A stretch of 13,147 nt of DNA, from assembly GCA_043797665.1 (NCBI GenBank), contig JAZDPL010000042.1:1-13147 (forward strand), written 5' to 3'. The DNA comes from Candidatus Omnitrophota bacterium (GTDB lineage: Bacteria; Ratteibacteria; UBA8468; MWAK01). Of this stretch, positions 6,588 through 13,147 are shown in pieces. Numbering within the stretch: the first letter of the stretch is position 1; the number at the start of each line of letters is the position of its first letter. The notes under the pieces are model-generated. The model was not told where the DNA came from. It saw nothing but the letters and a program-made list of their open reading frames with translations, and searched no databases. A program made the translations under genes and the position numbers.

Positions 6588-8989
6588 AGAGAATATCTGT
6601 ATGTATCGCATTGTGTATTTTGTGTATGACGGTAGGCAGTGTGCATGGCCAGGAATATCTGTTTGACTTTGGCCCTGAAGATTCGGCTTTGGCGGAAGGT
6701 TTTACAAGGGTAACGGTAGGTAACGGTTACAGCAAAGAACAGGGTTATGGCTGGACTACGGATATTCCGCTTTATTCACGCAACGAAAATTTTTCCAGTT
6801 ATGGGAGTGCTTCACTTGATCTGCCGCCTATTTTAGCAGACCATGTTACAGGCGGTAGTGCCAATGTCTATCCGGGCAGGAAATATGCTTTTCGTGTTGA
6901 CCTGCCTGCCGGCAGGTACCTAGCAACCCTGATAATGGGTAAGATAACAGAAAGCGACAGGAGCATTATCCTCCGCCCACTTTTTTTCTACACCAGTTAT
7001 AAAGTAACAGCCAACGGCAGTGAAATATTAAATGTGGAACAGGACTGGCGCAGCCATATGGCTGCTCATTATTCACGGAATGAGGATGATTTTTTACCCG
7101 GAGACAGTATATACGATAAGTATGTAGCGACTTATTTCAGGTTTCACACTTTTGAATTTGACTCAGCAGGTTACCTGGAACTTGCGTTGGATGCAGTATG
7201 CCCATTAAACGGTCTATTGATTTACCCTGTGGCGCAGAAAAGAGAGTGGGAACAAAACCTACGCGCGCTGGAAGCGACCAATCGCAGCTATCTAGACAAC
7301 CAGTTTCAGGTAGATTATGTAGAAGAGGAGATGGATAAGCATCTGATGACAAAATATGCAAAGCCGGGCGCTATTATGTTCAGCCGTCCCGGAGCATTAA
7401 TAACACCGGGCAGCCGTCCGCGGGCAGCAGAAGCAGGCAAGTCGGCGACAGATTTTCTTACACCCGGAGATATGGGTGTATTAAATGTGTTGCTGTTGCC
7501 GTTGAGGGATATGAAGGCTGTAAAGATAGATGTAAGCGATCTTGTGAGTGAAGCAGGCAACAGGATAACAAAAGACAGGATGAGTATATGGTTAGGCCGT
7601 TATATGTTGGTGCCCGGAGAGAAAGAGAAGATGAATATGAGAGTAATTTACTACTTACCTTATAATAAGCCGGTGGATATGATATCGGGAGCAACCAGGA
7701 TGCTGAATGTGTATGTGGAATCGGAAAAAGGGACATTGCCGGGTGTATATAGAGGAGAGATAACGGTAAGCAGTAGCGACGGAACTGGTATATCCCTGGC
7801 GCTGGCAGTGAAGGTGCTTCCATATAAACTGGACAAGCCTGATATGTCCTTTGGTCACTATACCGATCATCCGTGGCAAACTACATTCAGGTTTGTGAGT
7901 AAAAAAGAACCTGGTATAGTGGAGGAAAACAAGAAACTGATGAGGCGGCTGTTTGAGGAAATGCGGGTGATGGGATTCAACACATCGCAGATGTCATTTC
8001 CCTGGGGACCTTTCAATATCACAGAAAAAGGCGAGATAACGGTAAATGAGCCAATCTGGACACTCTGGAAGGATACATTTACCCTGTATAAAGAGACATT
8101 CGGAGATATGCCTATGTCGGTATACGGAATATACGGTCATCTTTTTGCCACTGCAGTACCGGGTTATAGCAATCCGTATGAATCTGCACTTAAATATGAA
8201 GAAGGGATGGATTATTCTGACCAGGTTAAGACCAATATGAAGAAACTAATAGAGTATTTCTATCAGCAGGTAAAGGATAACAACTGGGCTCCAGTACTTT
8301 TTTATACCTCTGATGAAATGTCCAATGCGGGTGAAAAGGGAGGCAAGTGGGGCGCGGTGACAGCGCGTATGTACAGGGAGATAGCAGACCAGGTAGGGTT
8401 CAGGACAATAGCTTCAATGAACGGAGAGCCGGAATGCAGGATGTTGCCATACCTGGATATCGCAGCTATCAACTCAGCATTTCCCATAACAGAGGAGACG
8501 ATAAAGAAGGTAAAAAACGCAGGTTGTGAGTTATGGTTTTACAATTTGGGGGCCGACCGGTTCAGTTACGGATACTACCTGACAAAAGCAAGACCAAAAG
8601 GCAGAATGCAATGGATAAATACCGGTGCATTTTCCTACCTGAAGGGCACGCCAAACCTGCCATCATTAGGACCCCTTCCATATAACCGTGTGTTCGATTC
8701 AGCGCTCAACCCCGGCCGCCTCACAGAGGTGGAAGATATAAGGCAGGGTATTATGGATTACCGTTATTACATAACCCTTGAGAGATTGGTAAGAGAAAAT
8801 AACACAGCCGACGGTGAACCTGGTATCGCGGTAGCGAAAGGGAAGGCACTCCTTGACAGGATAGCGGGGAATGTTAATGTGGATATTAAACACTACTGGG
8901 AAGCAGGCTATTGGGACAATGCTACCTGTCAGCGTTTGAGATGGATGCTGGCAACAGCAATAGAAGAAATATATGATGCTAAAAAATAA
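6584..8989 (+). CDS. Secreted multidomain putative glycoside hydrolase (N-terminal beta-sandwich; GH123/DUF4091-like C-terminal part)
   Basis: Signal peptide (MKRISVCIALCILCMTVGSVHG); FDFG...GYGW...FRVDLPAGRY beta-sandwich module; PGVYRGEITV...VKVLPYKL Ig-like linker; catalytic-like YTSDE, LWFYN and EDIRQGIMDYRY motifs. ATGA overlap with the regulator gene. Confidence 0.6.
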   Translation: MKRISVCIALCILCMTVGSVHGQEYLFDFGPEDSALAEGFTRVTVGNGYSKEQGYGWTTDIPLYSRNENFSSYGSASLDLPPILADHVTGGSANVYPGRKYAFRVDLPAGRYLATLIMGKITESDRSIILRPLFFYTSYKVTANGSEILNVEQDWRSHMAAHYSRNEDDFLPGDSIYDKYVATYFRFHTFEFDSAGYLELALDAVCPLNGLLIYPVAQKREWEQNLRALEATNRSYLDNQFQVDYVEEEMDKHLMTKYAKPGAIMFSRPGALITPGSRPRAAEAGKSATDFLTPGDMGVLNVLLLPLRDMKAVKIDVSDLVSEAGNRITKDRMSIWLGRYMLVPGEKEKMNMRVIYYLPYNKPVDMISGATRMLNVYVESEKGTLPGVYRGEITVSSSDGTGISLALAVKVLPYKLDKPDMSFGHYTDHPWQTTFRFVSKKEPGIVEENKKLMRRLFEEMRVMGFNTSQMSFPWGPFNITEKGEITVNEPIWTLWKDTFTLYKETFGDMPMSVYGIYGHLFATAVPGYSNPYESALKYEEGMDYSDQVKTNMKKLIEYFYQQVKDNNWAPVLFYTSDEMSNAGEKGGKWGAVTARMYREIADQVGFRTIASMNGEPECRMLPYLDIAAINSAFPITEETIKKVKNAGCELWFYNLGADRFSYGYYLTKARPKGRMQWINTGAFSYLKGTPNLPSLGPLPYNRVFDSALNPGRLTEVEDIRQGIMDYRYYITLERLVRENNTADGEPGIAVAKGKALLDRIAGNVNVDIKHYWEAGYWDNATCQRLRWMLATAIEEIYDAKK

Positions 8990-10403
8990 AGCTGTTTTTT
9001 TAGGTATATCGTTAGCGGTATTATTGGTCGTATCGCGGTGCGCGACGAGTGGAGAGTATTTAAAAAGCAGTAAATTTTTTGTCAGATGGCAGGAGGTGCT
9101 TATAGAAAGAGAAGAGATAGCCGTTCCGAAAGAAGATGTAATAGTGATACAACCTGTAGATGCTATGCTACAGGACCCTGCCAGGATTATGAAAGCAATT
9201 AACGTATCAGGCACAAAATTTTCCCCGTTTATGACGCATCCTTTCGGGACAAAGCCGGCCTTTGGATCAGAAGCAGACCTGCTCTTTGACCGTAACTATC
9301 TGTATGTATACTTAGAGGCAGAGAAGGAGCCCGGTTACCGGTTAAAGGCGACAAAGTTTGATAAGGATACAACCTTTGCCTGGTACGATGATAACTTTGA
9401 GATTTTTATAGACCCTTTTGCCAGCCGTAGCGAATACTTTCATTTCATCATCAATTCTCTGGGCTATATATTTGATGAGAAGTGTTTTGAGAAAATTGGA
9501 ATAGACCCGGCGGGCACAAGTCTAACAGATACGATAGCGTGTATAGAACATGACATAGAATGGAAAGCAGAAGGAACAAAAGCGTGGACGCAATCAGGAG
9601 AAAAGAAGTGGAGTGCATTAGTCAGAATACCGTTTACATCCTTTGGACTGCAGGAGGTGTCGCTTTATTCTGTCTGGGGTCTTAACCTATGTCATACAAA
9701 CTGGTTTAATAAGGAACTATCCCAGTGGCGGGTTACCAAACGTAACTTTCATCAGCCGGCCGGGTTTGGCAATATAATGTTTGGCAAGCAGGATGAAGAA
9801 ACAGAGGTATCATTCCGGGCGCCCCTGATAGGATACGGAAACAATGTCCTGCACTTAGTGGTTAATAACAGAGGACAGGGAAAAACAGGGAAAGTGGAAG
9901 TAACGGTTACAGACGCTAATGGCAAAAAGATATCAGAACGGGAACAGGTCTTCCAGCTGCGGCCAGACAGAAAGAGTAAAGAGGAGATCACATACAGTAT
10001 CCCTGGAGAATCTGGCAGGGATATTTATGTAACAGCCAGTGTCAGTATAGGCAACAGAAAAATCGGCTACTTCATAAGGCGGGTACAGCTTGGCGGGTTG
10101 ATGGAATTTAAGATGGGAAGAGATGTTTTTTTCACCGATGATATTGAGATACCCGGCAGGATAAAGTTAGACATAGGCGAAAGGTCTCTGGATAAAATCT
10201 CGTTGGTTGTTGAAGCAGGGAGCAAGAAAAAGATATATTGCAGCAGGATAGAAAGGTTAGGTGGCAATCTGTTGCAATTCGGGATAAACACCAAATTACT
10301 TTCTGTGGGTGAATGGTATGTAGAGGTGTCGGCGATGGACGGGAATAAAGAGATAGCCAGGCAAAGGTATCCTATAACCCTGGTAGCGCCGCCTGAATTC
10401 TGA
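8973..10403 (+). CDS. Exported protein with CBM9-like (DOMON-like) sugar-binding domain
   Basis: N-terminal hydrophobic signal; FDRNYLYVYLEA, WYDDNFEIFIDP, YFHFIINSLG, W...RIPF, WGLNL and FHQPAGFG motifs typical of CBM9-like domains; Ig-like C-terminal region. Confidence 0.7.
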   Translation: MMLKNKAVFLGISLAVLLVVSRCATSGEYLKSSKFFVRWQEVLIEREEIAVPKEDVIVIQPVDAMLQDPARIMKAINVSGTKFSPFMTHPFGTKPAFGSEADLLFDRNYLYVYLEAEKEPGYRLKATKFDKDTTFAWYDDNFEIFIDPFASRSEYFHFIINSLGYIFDEKCFEKIGIDPAGTSLTDTIACIEHDIEWKAEGTKAWTQSGEKKWSALVRIPFTSFGLQEVSLYSVWGLNLCHTNWFNKELSQWRVTKRNFHQPAGFGNIMFGKQDEETEVSFRAPLIGYGNNVLHLVVNNRGQGKTGKVEVTVTDANGKKISEREQVFQLRPDRKSKEEITYSIPGESGRDIYVTASVSIGNRKIGYFIRRVQLGGLMEFKMGRDVFFTDDIEIPGRIKLDIGERSLDKISLVVEAGSKKKIYCSRIERLGGNLLQFGINTKLLSVGEWYVEVSAMDGNKEIARQRYPITLVAPPEF

Positions 10404-10445
10404 TATTAGCGGCAGATGTGTCGTAAGAAGGAAAGGAGATTAAAA

Positions 10446-11486
10446 ATGGCAGGTAAGACAAGAATACTGACAGGCATAGTAAGTTTATTTTTTGCTATGG
10501 GATTATACGGCAGCGAGTATATGGTACCGTTGAAGGCAGACAGCGGGTTTTATCTTAGAGAGAATGAACTGGTAAGCGCCGAGATAGATTTCGGCAGGGG
10601 CGCGGAGAATATCAGATTGGTGTGGTTAAAGGAAGACGGAACGAAAGAAGATGTGTCTTTGTATTTCGTGCCCGGTACGGGTAATAAAGGGACTGTGTAC
10701 TGGGTAGCAGAAGGTATTATGGAGTCACTAAGCCAACGGGAATACTCTTTATATTTCAGCCCGGGTACTATGCCGGAGACAGCAAAAGGGAATAAGGAAA
10801 TGGCCGCGCGGGTAAAAGCGTTGGAAAATATAATACCCAACCCGTCTTTTGAAATAGAAGAGGAGGATATAAAACAAACAAGCACAGAGGGGAGTATATG
10901 GAAAGGTGACAGAAAACCTGAGGATTGGAATATGATTGACTATCTTTGGGCAGACAGGGAAGAACCTAACCTTAAATCCCAGTGCAGGCTGATTGAAGAA
11001 GAAGCATACGAGGGCACAAAAAGCATTAAGGTGGTATCGGAATTTCGTCATGGCAAAGTAATCACCGGGAAATTCTTCTCAAGTTCTCCATTTCCACTAA
11101 AGCCGAATACCAGATACCATCTTTCTTATTACATAAAAATCACCGACAGACAGGAGAGCGGGCAGTCGTACCAGTCCGCACAGGTACAGGTCACATTCCT
11201 GGATGAGAAACAAAAAAGTGTGTGGTCTGAACGGTGTCCGGTATGGAGACTTCAAACAGCCTACTCCACCTGCAGATTTTCTAAGGAAACATATCTTGGG
11301 AAGTGGCTGAAGGTGGAAGAGTCAGCTACAACTACGGATAATACAAGATTCGGCGAGATTGATCAAGGATGCGGTCCCGACAGAATTGTGGGGATAGTAT
11401 ATTATGATAACTTTGTATTGACAGAGATAAGAGAAGGAGAACCGGTGAAGGTGGAGGTTGGAAAAATAAGGGTAATGGAAAAATAA
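10446..11486 (+). CDS. Exported protein with CBM4/9-like galactose-binding-fold domain
   Basis: Start reassigned to ATG 10446 (AAGGAG SD just upstream); signal-like N-terminus; [33 protein letters not shown] and [10 protein letters not shown] motifs. Confidence 0.65.
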   Translation: MAGKTRILTGIVSLFFAMGLYGSEYMVPLKADSGFYLRENELVSAEIDFGRGAENIRLVWLKEDGTKEDVSLYFVPGTGNKGTVYWVAEGIMESLSQREYSLYFSPGTMPETAKGNKEMAARVKALENIIPNPSFEIEEEDIKQTSTEGSIWKGDRKPEDWNMIDYLWADREEPNLKSQCRLIEEEAYEGTKSIKVVSEFRHGKVITGKFFSSSPFPLKPNTRYHLSYYIKITDRQESGQSYQSAQVQVTFLDEKQKSVWSERCPVWRLQTAYSTCRFSKETYLGKWLKVEESATTTDNTRFGEIDQGCGPDRIVGIVYYDNFVLTEIREGEPVKVEVGKIRVMEK

Positions 11487-11497
11487 AGGAGAAGAAA

Positions 11498-12250
11498 ATG
11501 AACAAAAACAGAAGAACAGGGAAGTCAATAATATCTTCAAAAACATCGTTTACCTTAATCGAACTTCTTGTGGTGATTGCCATCATTGCTCTATTGGCAG
11601 CGATGCTATTACCAGCATTAAGCCAGGCAAGAGAGAAAGCAAGACAGGCAGTATGTATGAGCAACCTGAAGCAGTTAGGGATAGCAACAATGATGTACAC
11701 CGAGGACTATGATAACTGGATACCATTCTTTTATGTTCTCGGAGGTTCTCCTAACTCCTATGCTTCCGCAGCTACGGGCGCATGGTATGTATTGGTGGCT
11801 CCTTATCTACATGTTCCGGTAAGGGATTATTATTCGTTAGGGTATTCTGCCGCTGAGCCCCTTAAGAATCGCACTGCGTTTGCCTGTCCCACCCATAGAA
11901 CTTTCCAGTCCCCTTTTTTCCCGGTTTCTTTTGCGCCATCCATGGGAATAGTATTAGATGCGAAGGGGTGTGTACCTATAGATGTTCCGAATGGTACGGG
12001 CGGCAAGATAACCAGTGTTCAAAGACCGAGTTCCAAGGTATGGCTGCTGGATACACAGGGTGATTGGGCATTTGTGGTTTTCAATTCGGGCCAACGTCTC
12101 GACCCTACAAAGAATGCTTTTCTTGGCTACCGACATAAGGAAGGTGCCAACCATCTCTTTTTTGACGGACATGTAGAGTGGATTCTCAGGGAGAACACAG
12201 ATGAGAATGCGTTGTATTGGTACTATTACATGCCAACAGATCAATACTAG
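11498..12250 (+). CDS. Prepilin-type N-terminal cleavage/methylation protein with DUF1559-like region and C-terminal H-X9-DG motif
   Basis: [63 protein letters not shown] (exact H-X9-DG); SD AAGGAG at 11486-11491. Confidence 0.93.
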   Translation: MNKNRRTGKSIISSKTSFTLIELLVVIAIIALLAAMLLPALSQAREKARQAVCMSNLKQLGIATMMYTEDYDNWIPFFYVLGGSPNSYASAATGAWYVLVAPYLHVPVRDYYSLGYSAAEPLKNRTAFACPTHRTFQSPFFPVSFAPSMGIVLDAKGCVPIDVPNGTGGKITSVQRPSSKVWLLDTQGDWAFVVFNSGQRLDPTKNAFLGYRHKEGANHLFFDGHVEWILRENTDENALYWYYYMPTDQY

Positions 12251-12270
12251 TGTAGTGAATCATAAATACC

Positions 12271-12299
12271 TTGACATTTAAAAGAATGTGTGGTATGCT
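12271..12299 (+). promoter_or_regulatory. Transposase promoter in IS left end
   Basis: TTGACA (12271-12276), 17-nt spacer, TG-G-TATGCT (-10 at 12294-12299); ATG at 12308. Confidence 0.65.
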
Positions 12300-12307
12300 T
12301 ATGCTTA

Positions 12308-13147
12308 ATGAACATATCGGAGCGCATTATCCTGAATCCTCAAGAGCAGGAAACCGTTCGCCTCTGGGCTCGCGGGAAAAGCTTGCCTGTGCGGCTGGTA
12401 CAACGAGCCCAAATCATTCAGCTGGCAGCCCAGGGAGTCTTCAGCCACGACATAGCAAAACGCCTGGGGGTTTCGCGTCCTACCGTCCAACTCTGGCGGC
12501 AACGTTTTCTCTCTTTCCGGTGTGCCGGACTGGAAAAGGATGCTCCCCGTCCCGGACGCATTCCCAAAATCTCCCGGCAGAAAATCAAGACCGTGGTCGA
12601 AGCCACCCTGCATACGACACCTCCCGATGCGACGCATTGGAGTACGCGTACCATGGCCAAGACCCAGGGTTTGAGTCAAGCAACTGTACAGCGGATCTGG
12701 AAACGACACAACCTCAAGCCGCATCTGGTCAGAACCTTCAAACTCAGCCGCGACAAGCATTTTATCGAAAAGTTATACGACGTCGTTGGACTCTACCTGA
12801 ACCCTCCGGACAAGTCCCTGGTTTTGTGCGTGGACGAAAAGAGCCAAATCCAGGCTTTGGAACGCACCCAGCCGGGATTGTCCTTGAAGAAGGGCCGGTG
12901 CGGAACGATGACGCACGACTATACGCGTCATGGCACGACCACCCTGTTTGCGGCCCTGTCTATGCTGGACGGCAAGGTTATCGGCGACTGCATGCCGCGC
13001 CACCGGCACCAGGAGTTCATCCGGTTTCTCAACACCATCGACAGCCGGACGCCGCCGGGTCTCCGTCTGCACCTCATCGTGGACAATTATGGAACCCACA
13101 AGCATCCCCGGGTCAAGTCCTGGCTGCGGCGTCATCCCCGGTTTCAG
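12308..13147 (+). CDS. IS630 family transposase (partial, 280 codons, open at window end)
   Basis: Own translation: MNISERIILNPQEQ...RAQII...IAKRLGVSRPTVQLWRQRF...DAPRPGR...THWSTRTMAK...VVGLYLNPP...VLCVDEKSQIQAL...THDYTRHGTTTLFAAL...HLIVDNYGTHK; first two DDE acidic residues present. Absent from the ORF track because it has no stop codon in the window. Confidence 0.96.
   Translation, partial: MNISERIILNPQEQETVRLWARGKSLPVRLVQRAQIIQLAAQGVFSHDIAKRLGVSRPTVQLWRQRFLSFRCAGLEKDAPRPGRIPKISRQKIKTVVEATLHTTPPDATHWSTRTMAKTQGLSQATVQRIWKRHNLKPHLVRTFKLSRDKHFIEKLYDVVGLYLNPPDKSLVLCVDEKSQIQALERTQPGLSLKKGRCGTMTHDYTRHGTTTLFAALSMLDGKVIGDCMPRHRHQEFIRFLNTIDSRTPPGLRLHLIVDNYGTHKHPRVKSWLRRHPRFQ

Larger units (their letters stand above)
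12248..13147 (+). mobile_element. IS630-family insertion sequence (left end; truncated by window)
   Basis: IS630 transposase downstream; candidate TA target at 12248-12249 within CTAG (12247-12250). The left boundary is inferred because the right IR is outside the window. Confidence 0.8.

Noticed and set aside
7381..7419. 9-bp direct repeat CAGCCGTCC spaced 30 nt apart
   Set aside because: Only two short copies inside a CDS (Ser-Arg-Pro twice); not CRISPR-like.
10416..10445. Upstream ATG for the 356-aa ORF
   Set aside because: The extension contains the SD for ATG 10446, which yields a normal signal peptide.
5704..12244. Many short minus-strand ORFs opposite the operon
   Set aside because: Ser/Leu/Phe-rich shadows of the purine-rich coding strand.
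12305..13135. Minus-strand ORFs of 151, 80 and 120 aa
   Set aside because: Antisense shadows of the plus-strand IS630 transposase, which carries the family motifs.
1..13147. CRISPR array, tRNA, rRNA, integrase or reverse transcriptase
   Set aside because: None recognised. The 212-bp repeat pair was considered as a DGR template/variable repeat, but the mismatches are not adenine-specific and no RT is present.

Overview
Bacterial accessory region with three parts. (1) Minus strand, 11-3598: a ROK-family repressor, an AbiE-type toxin-antitoxin pair in reversed order (nucleotidyltransferase toxin first, AbiEi-like antitoxin second), and a Dus-like FMN TIM-barrel protein with an altered catalytic motif. 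(2) Plus strand, 3701-5506: a cytoplasmic putative glycoside-hydrolase-like protein, followed by a REP-like nested hairpin fused to a ~96%-identical, nonsense-inactivated 212-bp copy of the antitoxin 5' end. The two copies bracket a 3883-bp unit as direct repeats. (3) Plus strand, 5904-12250: a tightly packed putative operon of a GntR/FCD regulator, three exported carbohydrate-active or carbohydrate-binding proteins and a prepilin-type (DUF1559-like, H-X9-DG) protein. No transporter is visible in the window, which suggests a pilin-associated glycan-utilisation locus of the PVC/candidate-phylum type. An IS630 element, missed by the ORF track, begins at the CTAG that contains the pilin stop codon and runs off the window. 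All family calls come from motifs recognised by eye; no database search was run.
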